Assembly (NCBI GenBank): GCA_043745465.1
Contig: JAYTSV010000207.1
Span: forward strand, 16,983-80,982
DNA: 64,000 nt
Reading direction: 5' to 3'
From: Fimbriiglobus sp.
GTDB taxonomy: Bacteria; Planctomycetota; Planctomycetia; Gemmatales; Gemmataceae
The position numbers and the translations under genes are program-made. Position 1 is the stretch's first letter; every line of letters begins with the position of its first letter. Below the pieces are notes generated by a model. It was given only the letters and a program-made list of their open reading frames with translations. It was not told the origin of the DNA and made no database searches. This document shows positions 53,150 to 62,615 of the stretch, in pieces.

Positions 53150-56100
53150 ATGCCCCGCAACATACTCGACTTGGCCCGGGACCGCGTGGTGATCCTCGAC
53201 GGCGGCATGGGCACGAGCCTGCACAAATTCCGCCCGACCGACGCCGACTGGGGGTACAACGACGCCGGCAAGTCCCTACTCAACCTGTCGGACTCGCTCG
53301 TCTACACGCACCCGGACTGGATTCGCACCATCCACGAGGGCTTTTTCGCCGCCGGGTGCGACGCCGTCGAGACGAACACGTTCAACGCCAACGGCATCGG
53401 CCTCGGCGAGTTCGGCATGGCCCACAAGCTCGACGACATCAACCGCGCGAACATCAAGATCGCCCGCGAAGTCGCCAACCGTTTCGCGACGGCCGACCGG
53501 CCACGCTACGTCATCGGCAGCGTCGGCCCGGGCACGAAGATGCCGTCCATCGACGACCCGGCCATTTACATCGACTTCGACACGATGGCCGAAGCCTACC
53601 GGCCGCAGATCGCCGTCATGCTCGACGAGGGCGTCGATGCCATCCTGATCGAGACCTGCTTCGACATCTTGCAGGCCAAGATCGTCACCATCGTCGCCGT
53701 CGAGGAGATGAAGAAGCGCGGCGTTAAGGTGCCGTTGATGGTGCAAGTGACCATCATGCAGGCCGACCAGAAGATGCTGCCCGGGACGGACATTGCCGGG
53801 GCGTTGACGACCCTCGAATGCTTCGACGAGATCGACGTGATCGGGATGAACTGCGCCGTCGGCCCGGACCTGATGATTTCGAGCCTGAAACATTTGGCCC
53901 AGTACTCGCCGAAGCTGATCAGCGTACTGCCCAACGCCGGCCTGCCCGAGACGCGCGGCGACGAGGCGTACTTCCCCCTCGACCCGGCCGGCCTGGCCGA
54001 CTGGCTCGACCGGTTCGTCAAAGACTTCGGCGTCAACATCGTCGGCGGCTGCTGCGGCACGACCACAGAGCACCTGAAGGCGGTGTGCGACCGGCTGCAC
54101 GGCCGCAAGCCCGCGAAGCGCACGCCGATTCGCGTCGCCGCCGTATCGAGCCTGCTCGGCACGACCGAGACGGTCATCGACAACCGGCCGCTGCTGGTGG
54201 GCGAGCGGACGAACACCAACGGCTCGCGGAAGTTCAAGGAACTGCTCGAAAAGCAGGACTGGAACGGCCTGACCGAGATGGCCCGCGCCCAGGAGCGCGA
54301 GGGCGTCCACCTGCTCGACGTGTGCGTCGATTACGTCGGCCGCGACGGCGTCGCCGACATGAAGCAAGTGATCCGCCGCTACAACGCGGTGCTGCAGAAG
54401 CCGATCATGATCGACTCCACGGAAGTCAACGTCGTCGAGGCCGCGCTCAAACTTTGCTCGGGCAAGACGGTCATCAACTCGATCAACCTGGAAGACGGCC
54501 GCAAGACCCTCGACCCCAAGACGATCCTCGCCAAAAAGTACGGCGCGGCTCTCGTCGCGCTCACCATCGACGAGGTCGGCCAGGCCGACACGGCGCAATG
54601 GAAGTTCGAGGTCGCCGAGCGCATGTATCGGATCGTCGTGGACGAGTACAACATCCCGCCGACCGACTTAATGTTCGACCCCTTAACGTTCCCGCTGTCC
54701 ACCGGCCAGGAGCAGACGCGCAAGTCGGCGATGGCGACCTTCGACTCGATCCGCCTCATCAAGAAACATTTGCCCGGGGCGTTGACGCACCTCGGCCTGT
54801 CGAACTGCTCGTTCGGGCTGTTGCCGTACACGCGGCAAGTCTTGAACTCCGTGTACCTGCACTACGCCGTGGAGGCCGGCCTCGACTCGGCCATCTTGCA
54901 CGCCGCCAAGATCATGCCGTTGGCGAGTATTGACGCGGAGGGCAAGGAACTGTGCCGCCGGCTCCTCTTCGACGAGCGGAAGTTTAACGAGGCCGGGGAC
55001 TGCGTCGAAGACCCGCTCGTGATGCTCATCGAGCACTACGCCGACGCGAAATCGACGGCCAGCAAGACCGAAAGCCTCGGCGAGACGGTCGAAGAGCGGC
55101 TGCGTCAGGCGATCATCCAGGGCCGCCGCGAGACCCTCGTCGCCGACCTCGACCTGGCCCGCGAGACGTACACGCCGATCGACATCATCAACAAGATTCT
55201 GCTCGCCGGCATGAAGGTCGTCGGCGACCTGTTCGGCGCGGGCCAGATGCAGTTGCCGTTCGTGTTGCAGTCCGCGGAGGTGATGAAAGTCTCCGTCGCG
55301 CACCTCGAACAGTACATGACCAAGGCCGACGGTCAGGAGAAGGGCAAGATCGTCCTCGCCACCGTCAAGGGGGACGTTCACGACATCGGTAAGAACCTCG
55401 TTGATATCATCCTGACCAACAACGGCTACAAGGTGTACAACCTCGGCATCAAGCAGCCGGTCGAGAACATGATCGCCGAGTTGCAGAAGACCAAGGCCGA
55501 CGCCATCGGCATGTCCGGGCTGCTGGTCAAGTCCACGGTCATCATGCGCGAAGACCTCATCACGATGAACGAGCGGGGCTTGAACCCGCCGGTCATCCTG
55601 GGCGGGGCGGCGTTGAACCGGCGGTACGTCGAGCAGGACTTGCGGGCGATCTACAAGGGCCAACTGTTCTACGGCGAGGACGCCTTCGAGGGCCTCCGCG
55701 TCATGGACAAGATCGCCGCCGACAAGCGGTTGGCGAGCGTGTCGCCGTCGATCCGCAAGGCCCAGGAGGGGGCCAACGCGGCCAAGCAGGCCGAGGCCAG
55801 CGCCCGCGCCGCCGCGAAGGTCTCGACCAACGGCCACGGCAGCGGCCACCCCGACGCTTTCGCCGGCGAGGGCCTGCGCACGTCCGCCAGCACCGTGCGG
55901 TCGAAGACCCTGCCGCACGCCCAGAACCTGCCGAAGCCGCCGTTCATCGGCTCGAAGGTCTTCACCGATTTCGACGTGGCCGAGGTGTTCGAGTACGTCA
56001 ACGAGCGGACGCTGTTCAGCAGTCAGTGGCAGTTCACCAAGGCCAAGATGAAGCCGGCCGAGTACGAGAAGTTAATGCAGGACGTGGCCGTCCCGACTCT

Positions 56101-56749
56101 CGCGCGGCTCAAGGCACAATGTTTGGCCGAGGGCATTCTGAAGCCGGCGGCGGTGTGCGGCTTCTACCCCGCCGCGTCCGTCGGCAACAGCATCGCCATC
56201 TATGCCGAGGACGGCGTCACCGAACTGCACCGGTTCGCCTTCCCGCGCCAGGACTTCGCCGACAACCTGTGCCTCGCGGACTACCTCGAACCGGCCGCCG
56301 ACGGCCACGCCGTGGACAGTCTCGGCCTGTTCGCGGTGACGGCCGGGCAGGCCGTCAGCGAGGCGACGAAGCGGCTGTACGACGGCGGCCAGTTCACCGA
56401 CTACCTGTACCTGCACGGCCTGGGCGTCGAGTTCGCCGAGGCGTTGGCCGAGTGCTTCCACCGGCGGATGCGGACCGCGTGGGGCATCCCGGACTCGCCG
56501 GACGTGCCGGTGAACAAGCTGTTCAAGGGCCACTACCGCGGCCGCCGGTACGCCTTCGGCTACCCCGCCTGCCCGAACCTGGAAGACCAGACCGGCCTGT
56601 TCGCACTGATCGACCCGGAGCGCATCGGCGTGACGCTGACCGAGCAGTTCCTACTCGAACCCGAGCAATCGACGACGGCCATCGTCTTCCACCACCCCGC
56701 CGCGAAGTACTTCAACGTCCACCGCACGGCCGAAGGCATGGCCGGATAA
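53150..56749 (+). CDS. metH: Cobalamin-dependent methionine synthase
   Basis: ILDGGMGT, GMNC, GGCCGT, pterin domain GERTN..GS, cobalamin motif VKGDVHDIGKNLV, C-terminal RYAFGYPACP. Confidence 0.97.
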   Translation: MPRNILDLARDRVVILDGGMGTSLHKFRPTDADWGYNDAGKSLLNLSDSLVYTHPDWIRTIHEGFFAAGCDAVETNTFNANGIGLGEFGMAHKLDDINRANIKIAREVANRFATADRPRYVIGSVGPGTKMPSIDDPAIYIDFDTMAEAYRPQIAVMLDEGVDAILIETCFDILQAKIVTIVAVEEMKKRGVKVPLMVQVTIMQADQKMLPGTDIAGALTTLECFDEIDVIGMNCAVGPDLMISSLKHLAQYSPKLISVLPNAGLPETRGDEAYFPLDPAGLADWLDRFVKDFGVNIVGGCCGTTTEHLKAVCDRLHGRKPAKRTPIRVAAVSSLLGTTETVIDNRPLLVGERTNTNGSRKFKELLEKQDWNGLTEMARAQEREGVHLLDVCVDYVGRDGVADMKQVIRRYNAVLQKPIMIDSTEVNVVEAALKLCSGKTVINSINLEDGRKTLDPKTILAKKYGAALVALTIDEVGQADTAQWKFEVAERMYRIVVDEYNIPPTDLMFDPLTFPLSTGQEQTRKSAMATFDSIRLIKKHLPGALTHLGLSNCSFGLLPYTRQVLNSVYLHYAVEAGLDSAILHAAKIMPLASIDAEGKELCRRLLFDERKFNEAGDCVEDPLVMLIEHYADAKSTASKTESLGETVEERLRQAIIQGRRETLVADLDLARETYTPIDIINKILLAGMKVVGDLFGAGQMQLPFVLQSAEVMKVSVAHLEQYMTKADGQEKGKIVLATVKGDVHDIGKNLVDIILTNNGYKVYNLGIKQPVENMIAELQKTKADAIGMSGLLVKSTVIMREDLITMNERGLNPPVILGGAALNRRYVEQDLRAIYKGQLFYGEDAFEGLRVMDKIAADKRLASVSPSIRKAQEGANAAKQAEASARAAAKVSTNGHGSGHPDAFAGEGLRTSASTVRSKTLPHAQNLPKPPFIGSKVFTDFDVAEVFEYVNERTLFSSQWQFTKAKMKPAEYEKLMQDVAVPTLARLKAQCLAEGILKPAAVCGFYPAASVGNSIAIYAEDGVTELHRFAFPRQDFADNLCLADYLEPAADGHAVDSLGLFAVTAGQAVSEATKRLYDGGQFTDYLYLHGLGVEFAEALAECFHRRMRTAWGIPDSPDVPVNKLFKGHYRGRRYAFGYPACPNLEDQTGLFALIDPERIGVTLTEQFLLEPEQSTTAIVFHHPAAKYFNVHRTAEGMAG

Positions 56750-56755
56750 GACTTC

Positions 56756-56898
56756 CACCACAGAGATCACAGAGGAAACAGAGCAGAAAAACCGAGTGTT
56801 CAAGACGGTCGAAGCCCGACTCGTTCGCTCTCGACGGGCTGAGCGACACGGGTTCTCTCTGTTTGGTTTGCTCTGTTTGCTCTGTGAACTCTGTGGTG
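56756..56898. repeat. REP-like inverted-repeat element / bidirectional hairpin
   Basis: CACCACAGAGATCACAGAG (56756-56774) pairs with CTCTGTGAACTCTGTGGTG (56880-56898, one mismatch); further ACAGAG/CTCTGT units inside. Confidence 0.75.
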
Positions 56899-56940
56899 CA
56901 ACTTTTCTCCGCAACCGCACGGGCGTGCTACGCTTTGCCC

Positions 56941-57792
56941 ATGACAGACACCGCGATTCACATCGACAAGTTGCGCGTCCAGTACGGCAAGTTCGTGGCC
57001 GTCGATGGGCTGGAGTTGGAGATTCGCAAGGGCGAGTTGTTCGGCCTGCTCGGGCCGAACGGCGCGGGCAAATCGACGACCATCCGCGTGCTCATCGGCC
57101 AGCGGCGGCCGACCGGCGGGGCGGTGCGGGTGTTGGGCCGGGACATCGTCCGCGAGTGGGCGCAGGTCAAGCCGCTGTTCGGCTACGTGCCGGACCGCGA
57201 GAACCACTTCGAGGAGTTCACCGGCCGCCGCAACCTCGAGTTCTTCGCCGACCTGTACGGCGTCCCCCGGCTCCGCGTGCGGGACTGCCTGCGCATGGTC
57301 GAACTCGACGACTCGGGGGACACCGTCGTCGGCGCGTACAGCCTGGGCATGCGCCGCAAGTTGTTGCTCGCCCGCGCCATGCTGCACGAGCCGCAAGTCC
57401 TTTACCTCGACGAACCGACGGCCAACCTCGACATCCACTCGGCCGAGGTCGTCCACCGCATCCTGCGCGAGCGGGTCGCGGCCGGGGCGACGGTCGTGCT
57501 CACCACCCACGACATGGACGAGGTCGAGAAGATTTGCGACCGCGTCGGCATCGTCTGCAAGGGCAAGCTCGTCGCGCTCGACAGCCCCTTGAACTTGCGC
57601 ACGGCCCACACCGAGCGGAAGGCGGACGTGGTCGTCGCCGACGGCACCCGCCGCACCTTCGACCTGACCGCCGACGCCGACCGCCAGGCCCTCGCCGAGG
57701 TCGTCCGGTCGGGCACGGCGGTGAGCCTGAAGACCCGCGAGTTCGACTTCCACGCGACCTTCCTCAAGCTCACCGGCCAGAGCTTCGACTGA
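56941..57792 (+). CDS. ABC transporter ATP-binding protein (ABC-2 type)
   Basis: GPNGAGKST, YSLGMRRK signature, LYLDEPT, TTH. Confidence 0.93.
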   Translation: MTDTAIHIDKLRVQYGKFVAVDGLELEIRKGELFGLLGPNGAGKSTTIRVLIGQRRPTGGAVRVLGRDIVREWAQVKPLFGYVPDRENHFEEFTGRRNLEFFADLYGVPRLRVRDCLRMVELDDSGDTVVGAYSLGMRRKLLLARAMLHEPQVLYLDEPTANLDIHSAEVVHRILRERVAAGATVVLTTHDMDEVEKICDRVGIVCKGKLVALDSPLNLRTAHTERKADVVVADGTRRTFDLTADADRQALAEVVRSGTAVSLKTREFDFHATFLKLTGQSFD

Positions 57793-57878
57793 GGCGGCGT
57801 TGCGGAGTGCCGGGCATACTGCGATACTCAACTCTCTCAGATGATCGCGTCGAAGCCAGTCTGCATGAGGACCGAGCC

Positions 57879-58205
57879 ATGAGCAGCGATCCCACCACCC
57901 CGCCCCGCCCCGATGTCCACGACCGGTTCCAGCGACTCGCCGAGCAGTGGCGCGAGGAGTCGCAGTCCATGTCCAACACCGGCCAGATGACGCTGCTGAA
58001 GTCCTACCTCGGCATCATCGGGATCGGCGAGCCGGCCGTTCCGCTCCTCCTCGAAGAGTTGAAACGGGATCCCGACTACTGGTTCCGCGCACTGGAAGCG
58101 ATCACGCTCGAAGACCCCGTCCCCCCCGAAGACAAGGGGCGGCTCGATCGGATGGCCGCGGCGTGGATCGCCTGGGGCGTCCGGTCGGGACACCTCGCGT
58201 CATGA
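57879..58205 (+). CDS. Conserved small helical hypothetical protein (108 aa)
   Basis: FQRLAEQW...YLGIIGIGEPAVPLLLEEL...YWFRALEAIT.EDPV...MAAAWIAWG. Confidence 0.8.
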   Translation: MSSDPTTPPRPDVHDRFQRLAEQWREESQSMSNTGQMTLLKSYLGIIGIGEPAVPLLLEELKRDPDYWFRALEAITLEDPVPPEDKGRLDRMAAAWIAWGVRSGHLAS

Positions 58206-58648
58206 ACGCGAGTCCGAAGTTCCCTCGCCTTACGCCGGACAACCACCGGGAGACGAGTCCGCGCGACAAGGCGTACAACTGCATGGCCTGGGCCGTCGGG
58301 GAGACGAAACAGTGGTGGGAACCGGGCCTCCGGTGGCTCCCACAAGACTGGCCGACCGACGACCGGAGTCTCGGAGCCTTGGAGAGCCTCTTCTCGGCGC
58401 TCGGGTACGCTGATTGCAACATGGACGACAGGCTGGAGCCTGGATTCGCCAAAGTCGCGCTCTACGCTGCGAGTGCTTTTGAAGGAACTCACGCCGCCCG
58501 CCAACTCCCTTCCGGGAAGTGGACGAGTAAGCTCGGGAAACTGATCGACATCGAGCACGACACCCCGGAAGTTATCGCCGGCGGGGAGTACGGCGAAGTC
58601 ATGCAGGTCATGAAACGGGGCGACGCCCCCGTGGACGCCGGGCCGTGA
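58202..58648 (+). CDS. Hypothetical protein with Cys/His motifs (DUF7689-like from memory; possible papain-like fold), 148 aa
   Basis: YNCMAWAVG...THAARQL.SGKWTSKLG...IEH...YG; ATGA overlap with the upstream gene. Confidence 0.75.
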   Translation: MNASPKFPRLTPDNHRETSPRDKAYNCMAWAVGETKQWWEPGLRWLPQDWPTDDRSLGALESLFSALGYADCNMDDRLEPGFAKVALYAASAFEGTHAARQLPSGKWTSKLGKLIDIEHDTPEVIAGGEYGEVMQVMKRGDAPVDAGP

Positions 58649-58695
58649 CGCCACCTTCCTCAAGCTCACCGGCCAGAGCTTCGACTGAGCGGTGG

Positions 58696-59724
58696 TTACT
58701 TCTTCGGCGGGTCGGCGGGCAGCTTGACCGATTTCCGCTGGAAGTGAAAGACGACGTACCCCGACCCCTCGGCCGCGCTGAACTCGGTCGGCAGGCCCTT
58801 GTGGACGCGCGCCACCGGGGCAGTCCGGGCCGCGGCGTCGGCCACGCACAGCGTCAGGTCGTCGCCCTTCAGGCGGTAGATGCCCTCGATCCCGGTGTAC
58901 GACTGGCCGTCGGGGTTCTTCATGAACACCTGGAACAGGTCGCGCTGGCCGTACCGCGTCGGGTGGAGCGACCCCCGCCACGACTGGCCGATCGCGGTGA
59001 TCTCGACCGTCAGGTCGTCCCGGACGAAGAGCGACCGCGTACCCGCGTCGGTGATCGGCTGGCCGTCCTTCACGCCGCCGGTACACACCCACCGGCCACC
59101 CCACAGCGGCAGCAACCGCTTGACCCGCGGCATCAGGTACATCGTCCCCGACTCGCAATCGATCACCGCCGAATGCTCCTGAAGAAACTTCATCCCGACC
59201 AACCCGTCCAAGGGTTCCACTTTCGCAACACCCGTCCGCAGGTCGACGTAGGATTCATCGGCGTTCATGCCGCCGACGTAGTCCACGGGCAATGGCCCAT
59301 CGACGACATAAGGCGAATTCTCGAACGAGATGCCATCGACCAAGCCGACGCGGATCCGGGTCTCGGTGATGTAAAAGGCCGATGCATTCGCTAAAACAAC
59401 GCCGTCGAGGTTGATGCCGACTTTCTGCAACGCCGGCAACCGCAGGTAGATGCCGTACTGCGCCCCGGTATCGATGCACAGGAGTAGTTTTTTGCGGTTG
59501 ATCGTAAGGTGTACTAAGAACACTTTCGGCCGATATTCATCGACGGTTACGCATCGCAACAGGGGCACGGGTATATAGCCCTGCTTTTCGAGCAGGGCAC
59601 CGAGTTGCGAGGGCGTACTGTCTGGCGGACCCCCACGCACCACTGCGGGATTGGCACCGTGGAGGATCGTCCCAAGCAGGACGGCCGCTCCGAGGGCGTA
59701 TTCCGAGCGCGAAAACCTGCGCAT
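58696..59724 (-). CDS. Secreted retropepsin-like aspartyl protease fused to a TIGR03067-type domain
   Basis: IDTGA and DGLVG motifs; C-terminal GRWVC...GIYRLKGDDLTLC...PTEF.A.EGSG. Confidence 0.75.
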   Translation of the reverse strand: MRRFSRSEYALGAAVLLGTILHGANPAVVRGGPPDSTPSQLGALLEKQGYIPVPLLRCVTVDEYRPKVFLVHLTINRKKLLLCIDTGAQYGIYLRLPALQKVGINLDGVVLANASAFYITETRIRVGLVDGISFENSPYVVDGPLPVDYVGGMNADESYVDLRTGVAKVEPLDGLVGMKFLQEHSAVIDCESGTMYLMPRVKRLLPLWGGRWVCTGGVKDGQPITDAGTRSLFVRDDLTVEITAIGQSWRGSLHPTRYGQRDLFQVFMKNPDGQSYTGIEGIYRLKGDDLTLCVADAAARTAPVARVHKGLPTEFSAAEGSGYVVFHFQRKSVKLPADPPKK

Positions 59725-59816
59725 GATTCGCTCCGTCGTGTGCGGTACGCCGGGGGGATCCGACCCGCCCGGTAGGAAATTATCGCCGACTCGTCAAGCG
59801 CGGCGGCGTCAGCCTG

Positions 59817-60560
59817 CTATGGCCTTTGCGGGTCCACCGGAAACGGAGTGATCGGACGGTAAGGCAGACCACCACGAACGCCCCCGGGATTGTGCGGGAA
59901 CCGTCCGTCATCTGGTCGTGTGGGGTCGTAGACAATGGGCCGTAAGAAGTCGGGCGGTAACAGGATTCCGCGAACCCCGCCGCCGGGTACGAGCGGCGGG
60001 TTGTATGGGAAGGGCCGAGTCGGGTCTATCGCGGTGATGGGGAGGAGGCTGTCGGGCAGGTAAGGGAACCTCGGGACGACGGGGAGGATGCCCCCACTCG
60101 CGCCGTCGATCACACCTTGGGGTAGCAACGCGAGGTCCACCACGCCCGTACCCGTCCGGGCGAGCGTGTCGCGATTGCCGGTGCTCCCGAACGCCGCCAT
60201 GAACGCATCGAGTGCGGGCGTGGCGGCGTAGGCCAAGTTCGTGTCGGCACTGTCCGTTCCGGTGTAGATCAGGTTGGTCGTCGCGTCGTAGTACGAGACG
60301 ACGTACCGGTCGCCGGCCTTCTCCAAAATCACCGCGATCCCCGTCGAATTCCCGGTGGCATCTTGAATCGTGAGGGCGGCCACGTTCGTAACCGTGACTG
60401 CCTGGCTCGGAGCCGTCTGCCCTGCGGTGGGATCGGCCGGCGGCACGACGGGCGTGGCATCGGGCACGATGCGGCCGTCGAGTGCCTCCAGGCGAAGTTT
60501 GCGGGCCAGGGGTGGCCGACTATCGCCCCCCCCCTTGATTAAGAGATTCCAGAACGTCAT
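59817..60560 (-). CDS. Secreted planctomycete protein with LRLEALDGR motif and Pro-rich repeated tail
   Basis: RKLRLEALDGRIVP; the tail repeats DPTRP..(Y/H)NP..GGVRG twice. Confidence 0.7.
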   Translation of the reverse strand: MTFWNLLIKGGGDSRPPLARKLRLEALDGRIVPDATPVVPPADPTAGQTAPSQAVTVTNVAALTIQDATGNSTGIAVILEKAGDRYVVSYYDATTNLIYTGTDSADTNLAYAATPALDAFMAAFGSTGNRDTLARTGTGVVDLALLPQGVIDGASGGILPVVPRFPYLPDSLLPITAIDPTRPFPYNPPLVPGGGVRGILLPPDFLRPIVYDPTRPDDGRFPHNPGGVRGGLPYRPITPFPVDPQRP

Positions 60561-60834
60561 GCATCTCTCCCGGTGTTGGACGCGCGAGCCGATAAAGTTC
60601 GCGTCACGAGAACTTACCCGACGGCACCGGGCGCGTTCAAGCAAAAAGCGGTAATTTTTACAAACCGGCCAGTGTCTTCCCACCGAGCCGTGTCGAGAAG
60701 ACCGCGACATCTCCAGCACGCTCGCCGGCCAGAGCTTCAGCAGCCGTGGCGGGTTGACGTTCGGGGCGGATTCGCGCACACCTACTGCGACGCTTTCGCG
60801 GTGACGATTGCCCTCCGGTTACGGATTCTTTGCT

Positions 60835-61194
60835 ATGGACATCCTCCTCGCCCTGCTGTGCATCGTCGCGGTCGCCCCGGCGGAACCGGCCCAGGACCCG
60901 CTCGGGAAGGGGTTCCTCGGGATTACCGTGCCGGTCGCGGGGATGACCGTGTCGAGCGTCCAGGCGGGCACCCCGGCCGACCTCGCGGGGTTCTTGCCGG
61001 GGGACGAGTTGGTCCGCGTCGGCGACCTCACGCCGACCGACTTCACGCAGGTGACCGCGCACCTCAAGTCGTTCCGCCCGGGGTCGCGGGTGACGTTCGT
61101 CGTCAAGCGGGGCGGCGAAAAAAAGACCCTGACGGCCAAACTCATGGCCCGACCGGCGGCGGCGGACTTTCAGGTCGAGGTGTTCCCGCCGTGA
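60835..61194 (+). CDS. Small secreted PDZ-domain protein
   Basis: Signal peptide, GFLGI, VSSV.AGTPA..AGFLPGDELVRVG. Confidence 0.85.
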   Translation: MDILLALLCIVAVAPAEPAQDPLGKGFLGITVPVAGMTVSSVQAGTPADLAGFLPGDELVRVGDLTPTDFTQVTAHLKSFRPGSRVTFVVKRGGEKKTLTAKLMARPAAADFQVEVFPP

Positions 61195-62485
61195 CCGCCC
61201 GGCCGGACTCGGAGCGCGCCACGAACACCGCCGTCGTCATGTCCGCCGTCACGTTCACCGTCGTCCGGCACATGTCCAGGAAGCGGTCCACGCCGAAGAT
61301 GATGGCGATGGCCCCGGCCGGCACCTGGCCGTCGGTCGCCGTGGTCAGGATGATGCCGATCAGCGGCAGCGACCCGCCCGGCACCCCCGCCATGCCGGTC
61401 GCGGTCAGGATGCACAGGACCAGCACGATCAGCTCTTGCGCCAGGCTCAACTCGAAGTCGAAGAGTTGCGCCAGGAAGATCACCGTCACGCCCTCGAAGA
61501 GCGCCGTGCCGTTGTGGTTCATCGACGCGCTCAGCGGCAGCACGAACCGGGAAATGCTCGCGGGCACGCCCAATTCCTCCTCCGCGCACTTCATCGCCGT
61601 CGGCAGGGTCGCGCTGGACGAACTCGTCGAGAAGGCGGTCAGCATCACGACGCGGACCTTGCGGAAGAACTCCACCGCGTTCATGCCGCCGACGAACTGC
61701 ACCAGGAGTGGCAGCACGACGAACTGGTGGACCGCCAGGCCGGCGAGCACGGTCACCACGTAGGCCCCGAGCGCGATCAGGAGCTGGTAGCCGAACTCGG
61801 CGGTCGTCTGGAAGATCAGCGCGAACACGGCGTAGGGGGCCATCGCCATTGCCAGGCGGATGACGAAGTCGGTGATCTGGTTGACGGCTTCGAGGAACTT
61901 CGTCAGGAGTTCCGCCTTGTCCGCGTCGATGCGGGTGAGCGCGACGCCGACGAGGACGGCCGTGAAGATGATGGCCAGCATGTCCTTCTCGACGAACGCC
62001 TTGAACGGGTTGCGGGGCACGACGTTGACGAACGTCTCGACGCCGAAGGTCGCCGGCTTCGCGGCCGCCTCGCTGCCCTTGGGGTAGTTCTCCCGCAGGT
62101 TTTTCCGCTGCTCCTCGGGCAACCGGTACCCGGGCCGGATGAGGTTGACCGCCGACAGGCCGATGACTGCGGCGAAACTCGTGGTGGCGAGGAAGTAGGC
62201 CAGGGTTTTCGCCCCGACCCGGCCGACGTTGCCGGTCCCGCCGAGCCGCGTCACCCCGACGGCCAGGGACGCGAACACGAGCGGCACGATGGCGAAGAAC
62301 AACAAGTTGAGGAAGATACTGCCGACCGGCCCGGCGACGTACTTGATGAGCCACGCGACGACCGGCTTGGCCTCGGCGAACCCGCCCTCGGTGACGGCGT
62401 AGTTGACCAGGGAGCCGAGCGCCGCGCCGAGCACGAGGCCGGCCAACACCTGCGTCTGCGAGACGGACGAACCGCCGGAGGACAT
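61142..62485 (-). CDS. Dicarboxylate/amino acid:cation (DAACS, GltP-like) symporter
   Basis: AFSTSSSSATLP, LSASMNHNGTAL, TGMAGVPGG, DRFLDMCRTTVNV. Confidence 0.93.
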   Translation of the reverse strand: MSSGGSSVSQTQVLAGLVLGAALGSLVNYAVTEGGFAEAKPVVAWLIKYVAGPVGSIFLNLLFFAIVPLVFASLAVGVTRLGGTGNVGRVGAKTLAYFLATTSFAAVIGLSAVNLIRPGYRLPEEQRKNLRENYPKGSEAAAKPATFGVETFVNVVPRNPFKAFVEKDMLAIIFTAVLVGVALTRIDADKAELLTKFLEAVNQITDFVIRLAMAMAPYAVFALIFQTTAEFGYQLLIALGAYVVTVLAGLAVHQFVVLPLLVQFVGGMNAVEFFRKVRVVMLTAFSTSSSSATLPTAMKCAEEELGVPASISRFVLPLSASMNHNGTALFEGVTVIFLAQLFDFELSLAQELIVLVLCILTATGMAGVPGGSLPLIGIILTTATDGQVPAGAIAIIFGVDRFLDMCRTTVNVTADMTTAVFVARSESGRAVTAGTPRPESPPPPVGP

Positions 62486-62615
62486 GGCACGGTCTCTGGT
62501 TTCGGCGGGCGGATCGGGCGGCGAGTTGCCCTCCTTCTTATGGGCCGCTGGCCGGGCCGGGACTGCCGCGGTAGATTCGGGGGGACGAAACCCTCACCCC
62601 GCCCCGGTAGCCGCC

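Larger units (their letters stand above)
57757..58689. repeat. 37-bp perfect direct repeat (3' end of the ABC gene) flanking a two-gene islet
   Basis: ACCTTCCTCAAGCTCACCGGCCAGAGCTTCGACTGAG at 57757-57793 and 58653-58689; extends to 42 bp with one mismatch. Confidence 0.92.
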
